Of a stretch of 60,685 nt of DNA, positions 27,183 through 37,206 are shown in pieces (the stretch's first letter is position 1; every line of letters starts with the position of its first letter). This stretch comes from Candidatus Omnitrophota bacterium. GTDB taxonomy: Bacteria; Omnitrophota; Gorgyraeia; Gygaellales; Profunditerraquicolaceae. The stretch spans positions 1-60,685 of the forward strand of contig JBAZGD010000004.1 of the NCBI GenBank assembly GCA_041653055.1. The letters are read 5' to 3'. Made by a program: the position numbers and the translations under genes. The notes under the pieces were generated by a model that had not been told where the DNA came from, did not search any database, and worked only from the letters and a program-made list of their open reading frames with translations.

Positions 27183-29390
27183 ATGGAGAAGAGAGTATTA
27201 TATAAGTCTATATTTATTGTCTGCATTATCGGTTTGTGCGCATATTTTGCTTTTCCTTTTGAGAAGAGGATAAATTTAGGCTTGGATCTGCAGGGCGGTA
27301 TGCAGCTTTTACTTAAGGTGGATACCGGTAATTTGCCCGAGGATGCCCGTGAAGGGGTTACGGATTTAGCTATTGAGAAACTGAGAAACAGGATTGATGA
27401 CCTTGGGGTAAGCGAGCCTTCCATACAGAGGCACGGGATTGATGAAATACTTGTGCAGTTACCCGGAGTTACCGACAGGGAGCGGGCGTTAAGTAAACTG
27501 GGGCAGACCGGGTTATTAGAATTTAAACTGGTGTCTGTTGATACGGAGAAATTCAGGGCGGCTTTAAGCGGTGATGTCCCCCAGGGATACGAGATCAGAT
27601 ACACCAAAGATGATTCTGAGCCCCTGCTTCTTGAGAGTGAGGCGGTTTTGACCGGAGACGCCTTAAGCGATGCTATGGTCAGTTTCAGCCAGGCTGATTT
27701 CGGCGGACAGGTTGTTTCCCTGCGTTTTAATAGCGAGGGGGCAAAAAAGTTTGCGCAGGTTACCGCGGCTAATATAGGCAGGAGGCTGGCGATTGTCCTT
27801 GACGGAAAGGTGCAGTCTGCCCCGAATATAAAAGAGGCGATTCCCTCGGGAGAGGCGGTTATCAGCGGGCGCTTTACAGTTGACCAGGCGCAGGATTTAG
27901 CAAAGATACTTAAGCACGGTAAATTACCCGCAGCGATTATAGTAGAAGAGGAGCGTACTATTGGCCCTCTGCTGGGGAAAGACTCGATTGCCAAGGGTAT
28001 CAATGCTACGCTTGTAGGTATTACCCTGGTATTGGTGTTTATGGCAATTTACTATCTGCTCGCCGGGGTTATTGCCAATATAGCATTAGTCTTAAACTTG
28101 CTGATGATCTTGGGTTGTTTAGGGATGCTGCCGTATTTATTCGGGGCCTCAGTAGCTACCCTGACCTTGCCCGGTATCGCAGGCGTAATTCTATCCCTGG
28201 GTATGGCTGTTGATGCGAATGTCCTGATTAATGAGCGGATCCGCGAGGAGCTTTCTTTGGGAAAGACTTTGCGCAGCGCCATAGCTAACGGTTATTCCAG
28301 GGCATTTACCGCAATTATTGATTCTAATATCACCACTCTCTTTGCCGCGGTTATACTTATCTCTATCGGCACGGGGGCAATTAAGGGTTTCGGGGTTACT
28401 TTAACCATAGGTATCATAGCAAGCATGTTTACGGCGATAGTGGTGACTCGCACCATCCTTGAGCTACTTCTTCATTTCGGGTTAATCAGGAATTCTCTTC
28501 CCATGTTAAAGCTTATCGGAGAGACAAAATTTGATTTTATAAAGAGGCGCAGGATATTTTATTTTATTTCTTTAGCGGTAATTATTACGGGTTTGTTCTT
28601 TTATTTTAAGAAGGGCAAGGATATTTACGGTATTGATTTTGCCGGCGGACAAATGCAGGAGTATAGTTTTAAAGAGGCGCCTGATGTTGAGCAGGTGCGC
28701 ACGGTGCTTAATGAGGTGGGGTTGGGTGGCGCGATTATCCAGCAGTTTAAGGACAATCCTAAGGTAGTTTTGATTAGGACATCCGAGGATAAGTCTGATG
28801 AGCTGCTTTTAAAGCTTAAGGAGGCCTTTGCAGGGAATGAAATTGACGTCTTAAGGATTGAGCGCGTCGGGCCTGTTGCCGGTAAGCATTTAAAGGATAA
28901 GGCGCTCTGGGCATTGACCTGGGCGTTGATTATCATATTAATTTATGTGGCTTTCAGGTTCAAGCATTTCAATTTTGCCTTTGCCGGTGTGGTAGCCCTG
29001 ATACACGATGTCTTGGTGGCCTTCATATTCTTGATTATAACCGGCAGGCCGATTGACCTTTTGAGTATTACCGCCTTTCTTACCATAGCCGGTTATTCTA
29101 TCAATGATACAATCGTAATTTATGACCGGGTAAGGGAGAATATGCGTGTTAACCGTAAGCTGAGCCTCTATGAGCTTATAAATTTAAGCGTTAATCAAAC
29201 CCTGGCCAGGACTATCCTGACTACCGGCCTTACCTTGCTGGTAGTGATTTCGATATTTATCTACGGGGGGGAAGTCTTGAACAACTTTGCTTTTACCTTG
29301 CTGGTAGGTTTTATATCCGGGATATACTCTACGGTTTATATCGCCTCGCCTTTAGTGCTTGCCTTTGGCCGCCATAAGGCAAAGGCCTGA
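27183..29390 (+). CDS. secDF: Fused protein translocase subunit SecDF
   Basis: LGLDLQGG, RNRID-x-LGV-x-EP, GMAVDANVLINERIREE, GIDFAGG, GYSINDTIVIYDRVRE. Confidence 0.97.
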   Translation: MEKRVLYKSIFIVCIIGLCAYFAFPFEKRINLGLDLQGGMQLLLKVDTGNLPEDAREGVTDLAIEKLRNRIDDLGVSEPSIQRHGIDEILVQLPGVTDRERALSKLGQTGLLEFKLVSVDTEKFRAALSGDVPQGYEIRYTKDDSEPLLLESEAVLTGDALSDAMVSFSQADFGGQVVSLRFNSEGAKKFAQVTAANIGRRLAIVLDGKVQSAPNIKEAIPSGEAVISGRFTVDQAQDLAKILKHGKLPAAIIVEEERTIGPLLGKDSIAKGINATLVGITLVLVFMAIYYLLAGVIANIALVLNLLMILGCLGMLPYLFGASVATLTLPGIAGVILSLGMAVDANVLINERIREELSLGKTLRSAIANGYSRAFTAIIDSNITTLFAAVILISIGTGAIKGFGVTLTIGIIASMFTAIVVTRTILELLLHFGLIRNSLPMLKLIGETKFDFIKRRRIFYFISLAVIITGLFFYFKKGKDIYGIDFAGGQMQEYSFKEAPDVEQVRTVLNEVGLGGAIIQQFKDNPKVVLIRTSEDKSDELLLKLKEAFAGNEIDVLRIERVGPVAGKHLKDKALWALTWALIIILIYVAFRFKHFNFAFAGVVALIHDVLVAFIFLIITGRPIDLLSITAFLTIAGYSINDTIVIYDRVRENMRVNRKLSLYELINLSVNQTLARTILTTGLTLLVVISIFIYGGEVLNNFAFTLLVGFISGIYSTVYIASPLVLAFGRHKAKA

Positions 29391-29396
29391 TAGGCT

Positions 29397-31304
29397 ATGT
29401 TTAAATCCCTGAAAATATACTCAGGGTTGAATATTGATTCGGACCGGCTTCTCTCTGGCCTGGTAGATTTCGGGTATAAGAGGCAGGAGAGCGTATCAGA
29501 GGAAGGTGATTTCTCGCGCCGCGGGGGCGTGATTGACATATTCCCCAATTCTTTTGAGCTTCCCGTCCGCATTGAGCTGGAAAATGACTCCATAGTTTCA
29601 ATAAAAAGTTTTAACCCTAAGACTGCTCAGCTTCTCTGGGAACACCGTATTGTTATTATCCTCAGAAATAATAAGCATTCCTCTTTTAAAACCAATCCGA
29701 TTACCGAAGAATTTCCTTTATCAAGCTTTATAGACATAAAGCTGGGCGACTATGTTGTCCATAATCAGCATGGGGTGGGAAGGTTTTTGGGGTTAAACAG
29801 GATTAAGGTCAAGGATAAGTTCCGGGATCATCTGGTTATTGAATATGACCGTCAGGAAAAGCTCTATGTTCCGGTTGACTCGATGCATCTGGTGCAGAAA
29901 TACCTTAGTTTCCATATCCGCAGGCCTAAATTGCACCGTCTGGGGAATAAAGAATGGCAGAGGGTTAAGGCGAGGGCGCGCAAGGGAATACAGAAATTAG
30001 CCTGGGATTTATTATCCCTGCAGGCTATGCGCTCTAGCGCAAGGGGTTTTCTTTACCCGAAAGACTCAGATTGGCAGAATGCGTTTGAAGAGAGTTTTCC
30101 CTTTGAGGAGACCCCGGACCAATTAAAGGCAACCCTGGAGGTAAAAAAGGATATGGAATCAGGCAAGCTTATGGATAGGCTATTGTGCGGAGATGTGGGG
30201 TATGGCAAGACTGAGATAGCTATGCGCGCGGCATTCAAGACAGTTATGGGAGGAAGGCAGGTGGCCTACCTTGTCCCCACGACAATACTGGCACAGCAGC
30301 ACTATCAGAATTTTTCATCCCGTTTACAAGGCTACCCTTTTAATATCAGGCTTCTCTGCCGTTTCCGCAGCGCCTCAGCGCAGAAGGAGACAATTGAAGA
30401 GTTAAGAAACGGGAACGCGGATATTGTTATAGGAACCCATAGGCTTCTTTCTGATGATGTGGCATTTAAGGACCTGGGCCTGGTAATAATAGACGAGGAG
30501 CAGCGTTTCGGGGTTAAGGCAAAGGAGAGGCTGAAGAGTATAAAAACTAATACCAATGTGATCACGCTGACTGCTACTCCTATCCCGCGCACGCTTTATA
30601 TGAGCCTTATGGCAGCGCGGGAGCTTTCGGTGATTAACACCCCTCCGCAAAATAGGTTGCCTATAGAAACCGTTGTGGTAGAATATGACGAAGACCTCAT
30701 CCGGCAGGCAATATTAAAAGAGGTTAACCGGGGCGGACAGGTCTTTTTTTTGCATAATCGCATTGAAGACATTGAAGAGGTAGAGGCAAGGCTTAAAAGG
30801 ATTTTGCCTGGCAATGTCAGGATGGGGATAGGCCATGGGCAGATGCATCCGCATGAGCTGGAGAGCGTGATGCGGGCTTTCCTGAAAGGCGAAATAGATT
30901 GTTTTATTTCCACTATGATTATAGAGTCAGGCATTGATATCCCTAATGCCAATACTATAATCATAGACCAGGCGCAGATGTTCGGGTTATCGGATATGCA
31001 TCAGTTACGCGGCAGGGTAGGCAGGTTTAACCGTAAGGCCTATGCCTATTTTCTGATCCCTAACAATTTTCTTCTGGATAAAGACTCGCGCAGAAGGCTG
31101 GAGGCAATCTCAGAGTATACCCAATTAGGGTCCGGTTTTAATATCGCGATGGAGGATTTAGAGATTCGCGGCGCAGGTAATCTATTGGGGGTAGAACAGC
31201 ACGGGTTTATCGCTGCGGTGGGTTTTGATCTTTACTGCAGGTTATTAAGGGAGGCAATATTGGGCTTTAAAAAAGCGGGAGTCTTTAATGAAAATAACAA
31301 TTGA
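29397..31304 (+). CDS. mfd: Transcription-repair coupling factor, minimal 635-aa form
   Basis: D2-like RGGVIDIFP, RID GDYVVH-x-x-HGVG, GDVGYGKTE, DEEQRFG, TATPIPRTL, QLRGRVGR, TRG motif RGAGNLLG-x-EQHG. No C-terminal D7. Confidence 0.93.
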   Translation: MFKSLKIYSGLNIDSDRLLSGLVDFGYKRQESVSEEGDFSRRGGVIDIFPNSFELPVRIELENDSIVSIKSFNPKTAQLLWEHRIVIILRNNKHSSFKTNPITEEFPLSSFIDIKLGDYVVHNQHGVGRFLGLNRIKVKDKFRDHLVIEYDRQEKLYVPVDSMHLVQKYLSFHIRRPKLHRLGNKEWQRVKARARKGIQKLAWDLLSLQAMRSSARGFLYPKDSDWQNAFEESFPFEETPDQLKATLEVKKDMESGKLMDRLLCGDVGYGKTEIAMRAAFKTVMGGRQVAYLVPTTILAQQHYQNFSSRLQGYPFNIRLLCRFRSASAQKETIEELRNGNADIVIGTHRLLSDDVAFKDLGLVIIDEEQRFGVKAKERLKSIKTNTNVITLTATPIPRTLYMSLMAARELSVINTPPQNRLPIETVVVEYDEDLIRQAILKEVNRGGQVFFLHNRIEDIEEVEARLKRILPGNVRMGIGHGQMHPHELESVMRAFLKGEIDCFISTMIIESGIDIPNANTIIIDQAQMFGLSDMHQLRGRVGRFNRKAYAYFLIPNNFLLDKDSRRRLEAISEYTQLGSGFNIAMEDLEIRGAGNLLGVEQHGFIAAVGFDLYCRLLREAILGFKKAGVFNENNN

Positions 31305-32220
31305 TGCAAAAATCCTGGTCCTGTTATCTATTTTAAACTTGATTGTTTTATCCGGCGGCGCTACTTTCTCTTACGCCCAGGATAAGATTATTGCCGTAGT
31401 TAACGAGGATGTGGTCACCCGGAAAGACCTTAATGATTTTTTAAGTTTTATGCGTTTGCAGCTATCTCAGGAGTATAAGGGCAAGGCGCTTGAGGAGAAG
31501 ATGCAATCAATGAAGCCTACTGCTTTAGCCAGGCTTATTGAAGACCGGCTTATCCTGCAGGAGGCTAAAAGAAGCGATATCAAGGTAGATGATGCGAGGG
31601 TAAGGTCGAGGATTAATGAAATAAAAAAAGAATACTCTTCCCAGGCGCAGTTTCACGCAGACCTTATGAAGCAGGGTTTAACGCAGGGTGACATTGAGAA
31701 GAAGATCAGGGAGCAGTTTATGATGTTCGCGGTTGTTGATTCTAAGGTGCGAAGCAAGATTACGATAAAGCCCGATGAGGTAACCGAATTTTATAAAGAG
31801 CATAAAAGAGAGCTCAATACCGGTGAGAGCCGCGATATCGAGGCCATATCCCTGGAGACTTATGATCTGGCTAATACTATATCCTATGAGCTTAAGTCAG
31901 GAAAGAATCTTGAAGATTTGGCTTCACGCTACCCGTTGATTATAAACAGGCTTACCCTAAAGGCCAAAGATGGCATAAGAAAAGAGATCGCCGAGGCAAT
32001 ATCCAATCTGGGTGTAAATGAGGCCTCTGATCCCGTGAAGATCGAGAATAAGTTTTATGTTTTCAGGGTTACCGGTATAAACCCTCCGGAGCAATTAATG
32101 CTAATACAGGCGCAGGGGATGATTCAGGGGATACTTTTTGAGAAAAGAATACAGGAAGGGCTTGCCGGGTGGCTGGATGAGATCAGGAAAAATTCCTATA
32201 TCAAGATTATGCAGGATTAG
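31288..32220 (+). CDS. SurA/PrsA-like periplasmic chaperone with degenerate parvulin domain
   Basis: Signal peptide, KIIAVVNEDVVT, LIEDRLILQEA, GV-x-x-x-SDPV, YIKI C-terminus; sits in the mfd-surA-pdxA-rsmA order. Confidence 0.85.
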   Translation: MKITIDAKILVLLSILNLIVLSGGATFSYAQDKIIAVVNEDVVTRKDLNDFLSFMRLQLSQEYKGKALEEKMQSMKPTALARLIEDRLILQEAKRSDIKVDDARVRSRINEIKKEYSSQAQFHADLMKQGLTQGDIEKKIREQFMMFAVVDSKVRSKITIKPDEVTEFYKEHKRELNTGESRDIEAISLETYDLANTISYELKSGKNLEDLASRYPLIINRLTLKAKDGIRKEIAEAISNLGVNEASDPVKIENKFYVFRVTGINPPEQLMLIQAQGMIQGILFEKRIQEGLAGWLDEIRKNSYIKIMQD

Positions 32221-33163
32221 GGCCGCGATTACTATGGGCGATCCTTCGGGGATAGGCCCGGCTATAACGGTTAAGGCGTTAAACAGATTAACCGGCATAG
32301 CTGATTTTTCTATTATAGGAGATGGCGCGGTATTAAATAAGATCCCCGGTTTCGGCAAGCTTTTAAGCAACGGGGTTAAGGTTATTGACTTAAAGAATGT
32401 GGATATTAAACGCTTTAAATTCGCAAGGATAAGCGGGGAATACGGGAGGGCTTCTATTGAGTATCTGGATAGGGCCCTTCAGTTGCTTAAAGAGAAAGAA
32501 ACTGACTGCCTGATTACTTGCCCTATTTCAAAAGAATCCATTAACCTGGGCGGTTTTAATTACAGCGGGCATACGGAATATTTTATCAAGAAAACAAAGC
32601 CGGGCCCCGTGGTAATGATGCTGCTTAATAAATATTTAAGATTCAGCCTGGTGACCCGGCATTTAAGCCTTAGGGAGGTACCCAATGCCCTAACCTTAAG
32701 GGGAATTTGTAAGACTGTCTTTATTACTTATAAGTGGCTTAATGATGTGCTGGGGATTAAAAACCCTCGGATTGTCCTCTGCGGTTTAAATCCCCATGCC
32801 TCGGATAACGGGTTGATCGGAAGCGAAGAGGTTAAGGTGATAAGGCCCGCGGCTAAAAGACTGCAAGGCAGAATCAAGGGCCTGTACGGGCCGTTGCCGG
32901 CGGATATCGCTATTCATAAGGCGCTTATGGGAGAGTATGATGCTGTCATTGCAATGTACCATGACCAGGCCTTAATCCCGCTTAAGATTACAGGAATGGA
33001 TAGCGGGGTAAACATTACCCTGGGGCTTGGATTTATAAGGACGTCGCCTTTGCACGGGACTGCCTTTGACCTTGCGGCAAACCCAAGTTGCGCCGACCCC
33101 GGTTCTCTTGTTTCCGCGATAAAACTGGCTTTAAAATGCGTATCAATCCAAAAAAAAGCCTAG
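32177..33163 (+). CDS. pdxA: 4-hydroxythreonine-4-phosphate dehydrogenase (start uncertain)
   Basis: ITMGDPSGIGP, GHTE, GLNPHA, MYHDQ-x-LIP, RTSP-x-HGTAFD. Confidence 0.95.
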   Translation: MRSGKIPISRLCRIRAAITMGDPSGIGPAITVKALNRLTGIADFSIIGDGAVLNKIPGFGKLLSNGVKVIDLKNVDIKRFKFARISGEYGRASIEYLDRALQLLKEKETDCLITCPISKESINLGGFNYSGHTEYFIKKTKPGPVVMMLLNKYLRFSLVTRHLSLREVPNALTLRGICKTVFITYKWLNDVLGIKNPRIVLCGLNPHASDNGLIGSEEVKVIRPAAKRLQGRIKGLYGPLPADIAIHKALMGEYDAVIAMYHDQALIPLKITGMDSGVNITLGLGFIRTSPLHGTAFDLAANPSCADPGSLVSAIKLALKCVSIQKKA

Positions 33164-33903
33164 GGCAGAATTTCCTAGCCGATAAGAATATTGTTAAGAA
33201 GATCATTGAGGCCTTAAGCCTTAGCCCCTCTGATACCGTTCTGGAGATAGGTTCCGGGAAAGGGGAGATTACCTCTTTGATTGCCTCCAGGGTATATAAA
33301 GTTTATGCCTTAGAATTGGATGCAAGGCTTAAGGATATCCTGGAAGAGCGGCTCAAAGGCTATGATAATGCCCGGGTAATTATTCAGGATATTTTAAAGC
33401 TTGATCTGGCCAAGCTCCTGGCGCCTAAAGAAAAAATCAAGGTATTCGGCAATATCCCTTATTATATCTCCAGCCCTATTATTGAATATCTTATCAGGCA
33501 TAGAGGGCGTATTGAGCGTGCCTTTATTACGGTTCAGAAAGAGTTTGCTAAAAGGGTAGTAGCTTCCCCGGGATCTAAGGATTATGGTTCGTTGAGTTTT
33601 TTTGTCCAGTATTATTGCCTTCCTGAAATTATATTCCATATAAATAGAGGTTGTTTTTATCCGGTGCCTAAGGTTGATTCCAGCCTGTTATCTTTGGCCT
33701 TCCGCGCGCAACCTGCGGTTTACGTAAAAGATGAAGAACTCTTGTTCAGGCTGATCCGCTCTGCCTTCAATCAGAGAAGGAAGACCTTAAGGAACAGCCT
33801 TAAGGGAATAGCTGAAACAGGGGAGATAGGGGCTTTTCTTAATCAAAGGCCGGAAGACCTTTCTCTTGAGGATTTCGCCAACCTTGCCAATAGAATTTCC
33901 TAA
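33136..33903 (+). CDS. rsmA: 16S rRNA m6,2A dimethyltransferase
   Basis: KKSLGQNFL, LEIGSGKG, NIPYYIS, F-x-P-x-PKVDS, QRRKTLRNSL. Start set at ATG 33136. Confidence 0.96.
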   Translation: MRINPKKSLGQNFLADKNIVKKIIEALSLSPSDTVLEIGSGKGEITSLIASRVYKVYALELDARLKDILEERLKGYDNARVIIQDILKLDLAKLLAPKEKIKVFGNIPYYISSPIIEYLIRHRGRIERAFITVQKEFAKRVVASPGSKDYGSLSFFVQYYCLPEIIFHINRGCFYPVPKVDSSLLSLAFRAQPAVYVKDEELLFRLIRSAFNQRRKTLRNSLKGIAETGEIGAFLNQRPEDLSLEDFANLANRIS

Positions 33904-33920
33904 AAAAGAAAGCCCTTTCC

Positions 33921-33950
33921 TTGACAATAAGCTTAAAATTATGTTATACT
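33921..33950 (+). promoter_or_regulatory. Sigma70-type promoter for the cvpA-nif3-dnaG-rpoD unit
   Basis: TTGACA-N18-TATACT with extended -10 TG. Confidence 0.7.
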
Positions 33951-33992
33951 CTTACTGAATTTAATCCCATCTTATGAAGAAAGGCTAACCCT

Positions 33993-34577
33993 ATGATATT
34001 TAACATGTTAAAGAGTTTCAACTGGCTGGATATTATTATTCTGATTATAATTTCCAGGGTTTTCTATATTTCCATAATGGGTGGCTTTACTACGGAGTTT
34101 TTTAAGTTCTTTGGGGTCCTCGCTGCGATATATTTATCCATGCATTATAATACCGGGCTTTCGGATTTTATAAGCTCCAAGCTGAATATTCAAGATAAGA
34201 TGCCTCTTGAGTTTTTGGATTTTATGGTATTTGTAATCTTGGCGGTTGCGGGTTATTTTATTTTTGTTTTAGTGCGCAATGCCGTTAACAATTTGATTAA
34301 GGTAGAGGCGGTATCAGTTTTAAATAAATGGGGAGGATTGATCCTGGGTGCCTTAAGATCGGTATTGTTAGTGGGCCTGGTATCTTTTGCCCTGGTAATT
34401 TCAAGTGTCCCGTATCTTAAGAATAGCGTTATGAATTCCTATTTAGGCCCCCGGGTACTTGTGGTGGCAGTTAATACCTATACTACTATTTGGAATAATC
34501 TCTTTTCCAAATTTGCCGCGGGAGAAAAGTATAATGCTGTTGTTTCTAAGGTATCAGATGAGGCCCGCTCTAAATGA
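33993..34577 (+). CDS. CvpA-family (colicin V production) membrane protein
   Basis: NWLDIIIL...GFTTEFF, LNKWGG-x-x-LG-x-LR, four TM segments, C-terminal S-x-L pattern. Confidence 0.82.
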   Translation: MIFNMLKSFNWLDIIILIIISRVFYISIMGGFTTEFFKFFGVLAAIYLSMHYNTGLSDFISSKLNIQDKMPLEFLDFMVFVILAVAGYFIFVLVRNAVNNLIKVEAVSVLNKWGGLILGALRSVLLVGLVSFALVISSVPYLKNSVMNSYLGPRVLVVAVNTYTTIWNNLFSKFAAGEKYNAVVSKVSDEARSK

Positions 34578-35449
34578 AACTTAAGCGTTTTTATGAACTA
34601 GTCGTTAAATTTGGCTCCGAGTATGACCCCCGGAAAGAGAAGAAGTCTATAAAGTCATATGCTGACAGCGCTGTGCTCTATGGTGATTTAGAGACAGAGA
34701 TTAAGAAGGTCCTGGTCGGCATTGATATGGAAGTGGGGGAGATACTTTTAGCCGATAAGATCCGCTGCGCAAGCGGATTAGACCTGGCTATATCTCATCA
34801 TCCCGAAGGCAGGGCTTATGCCTTGCTTCCTGAAGTAATGAGGCTTCAGGTTGATATGCTTAAGGAAGCCGGGATCTCTTCGGGCGTTGCGCTTAAACTT
34901 GTTGAGGAAAGAATGCGGGAGGTCTCAAGGAGGCTGCTTCCGCAAAATCTTACCCGCGCGGTAGATGCCGCCAGGCTTGTTGATATTCCGTTTATGTGTA
35001 TGCATACTCCGGCGGATAACCATGTTTCCGCTTTCTTGAATAAACTTATGAAAGTGAGGAGGCCCAGTAAGGTCAAAGATATAGTTAGCATGCTTTTAGA
35101 TATCCCCGAGTATAAAAATGCAGCCAGTGATACCTTTACCGGGCCGAGAATAGTTTCGGGTTCTCCTAATAGAGGCGCGGGGAAGATTATTGTTGAGATG
35201 ACCGGAGGCACTGAAGGCCCCAGGGGGGCATTAGATAAGCTTTATAAGGCGGGAGTGAGGACTGTGGTATCAATGCATATTAGCGAAGACCACCTGAAGA
35301 AGGCAAGGGAGGTTGGTTTGAATATAGTTATCGCGGGGCATATTTCAAGCGATTCTTTGGGGCTTAATCTTCTTTTGGACAGGATTGAGAAAGAGGAAGA
35401 GCTGGAGGTGCTTGGTTGCGCGGGTTTTAAGAGGATAAAAAGGATATAA
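34574..35449 (+). CDS. Nif3-like dinuclear metal-centre protein
   Basis: VGID, SHHP, HTPADN, MH, AGH-x-x-SD motifs. Confidence 0.85.
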   Translation: MKLKRFYELVVKFGSEYDPRKEKKSIKSYADSAVLYGDLETEIKKVLVGIDMEVGEILLADKIRCASGLDLAISHHPEGRAYALLPEVMRLQVDMLKEAGISSGVALKLVEERMREVSRRLLPQNLTRAVDAARLVDIPFMCMHTPADNHVSAFLNKLMKVRRPSKVKDIVSMLLDIPEYKNAASDTFTGPRIVSGSPNRGAGKIIVEMTGGTEGPRGALDKLYKAGVRTVVSMHISEDHLKKAREVGLNIVIAGHISSDSLGLNLLLDRIEKEEELEVLGCAGFKRIKRI

Positions 35450-37206
35450 TGCCAAGATTGATTCCGGATAATATATTAGATGATATACTTTCAAGGATAG
35501 ATATAGTAGAGCTTATATCAGGCTATATACCATTGAAGCGTACCGGCCGTAATTTTAAGGCCTGTTGCCCTTTTCACCATGAGAAGACTCCTTCGTTTGT
35601 AGTCTCCCCTGACCGTCAGATTTATAATTGTTTTGGCTGCGGAGAATCAGGTAATGCTTTTAAGTTCCTCATGCGTTATGAGCAGATGGATTTTCCGGAG
35701 GCAGTTGAGGTTTTGGCGCGTAAGGCCGGGGTAGTTCTGCCTTTAAATAATAGCGCCGATAATAAGGCCCAGGGGCTAATTACCCGGCTTTTTAAGATAA
35801 ACGAGATGGCGGCTCAATTCTACAGCGATAACCTGCAGTCAAGGGATGCGGCAGGGGCCAAAGATTATTTGCTTAGCCGCGGGGTTTCTGGGGATACAAT
35901 CAAGGAGCTAAAGATCGGATTTGCTTTTGATAAATGGGACGGCCTGATTAATTTTCTGCGCCCTAAAGGGGTTGACCTTAACCTGATGGATAAGGCCGGG
36001 CTGATAGTTGCTAAGGATGGCGGCGGCTACTATGACCGATTCAGGAACAGGATAGTTTTTCCTATATTGGATGTCAAGGGGAGGGTATTAGGGTTTGGCT
36101 GCCGCGTACTCGACAATAGCTTGCCCAAGTATATCAATTCTCCCGAAACCTTGGTTTACACCAAGGGCAAGAACCTCTACGGGCTTAACCTGGCCCGGGA
36201 GGCGATACGGGAAAACGATTTTGTGAGCGTGGTAGAAGGTTATATGGATTTTATCCTTCCCTTCCAGTCAGGGTTTAAGAATATTGTCGCCTCGCAAGGC
36301 ACGGCATTGACCGCGGAGCAGGCGAGGCTGTTAAAAAGATATACCAATAATGTAATTATGATTTATGATTCCGACAGCGCAGGCGAGCTGGCGACCTTAA
36401 GAAGCCTGGATATATTTATTGAAGAAGAGGTAAATGCCAGGGTTGTCTCTTTGCCGAAAGGATTTGATCCTGACCTTTTTGTCCGCAAGGCAGGGGTTGA
36501 GGGCTTACGCAAGGAGGCCGAGTCTGCCTGCGACCTTTTTGATTATAAGCTTAAGGTTTTAAGTTCGCGTTATGATATAAGGGATGCCAATAATAAAGTT
36601 AAGGTCTGCGCTTTGATGCTGGAAACCGTCAACAAGGTAAAGAACGCTATCCTGAGAGCCGAATACCTTAAGAAATTAAGCCTTAAATTGGATGTTAAGG
36701 AAGAGGCCTTGCTGGAAGAGTCAAGGAGGAAGAAGGTTCCCGGGCTTATTCCTCCAGCGCAGGCTGCGCCTAAGAAAAAACCCTTGAATATAAGCCCGAC
36801 TGAGAAGCTGCTTATGTCGCTTATGCTCGAAGAAAACAGCCTTATTTCCCGCATGAGGGATAATTTAAGCCCGAACGATTTTAAGGATGAGCGTATCTGC
36901 CGCATTGTCTCGGTAATGTTCAACCTTATGGAGCAGGGAAGGGAAGTAAAACCACAGATTTTAATGAATCATCTTGAGGATGATATATCCTCCTTGATCT
37001 GCGAGCAGGAATTTATTCCGCAGGGCCTCTCTATAGAACATAAGGAGAGGATGGCGGATGATTGCCTTAAGAGAATCAAGGATGAACGTTTAAAGGTAAT
37101 CCGGCAGCGTCTTCACGAAGAGATAAAGGTTGCCCAGAGCGCAGGCGATGAGGCGAGGCTTAACAGCCTTATTGAGGAATTCCATTCTTTAATTAAAAAG
37201 AGGTGA
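35449..37206 (+). CDS. dnaG: DNA primase
   Basis: Zinc finger [11 protein letters not shown]...CFGC, FRNRI-x-[26 protein letters not shown]. Confidence 0.98.
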   Translation: MPRLIPDNILDDILSRIDIVELISGYIPLKRTGRNFKACCPFHHEKTPSFVVSPDRQIYNCFGCGESGNAFKFLMRYEQMDFPEAVEVLARKAGVVLPLNNSADNKAQGLITRLFKINEMAAQFYSDNLQSRDAAGAKDYLLSRGVSGDTIKELKIGFAFDKWDGLINFLRPKGVDLNLMDKAGLIVAKDGGGYYDRFRNRIVFPILDVKGRVLGFGCRVLDNSLPKYINSPETLVYTKGKNLYGLNLAREAIRENDFVSVVEGYMDFILPFQSGFKNIVASQGTALTAEQARLLKRYTNNVIMIYDSDSAGELATLRSLDIFIEEEVNARVVSLPKGFDPDLFVRKAGVEGLRKEAESACDLFDYKLKVLSSRYDIRDANNKVKVCALMLETVNKVKNAILRAEYLKKLSLKLDVKEEALLEESRRKKVPGLIPPAQAAPKKKPLNISPTEKLLMSLMLEENSLISRMRDNLSPNDFKDERICRIVSVMFNLMEQGREVKPQILMNHLEDDISSLICEQEFIPQGLSIEHKERMADDCLKRIKDERLKVIRQRLHEEIKVAQSAGDEARLNSLIEEFHSLIKKR

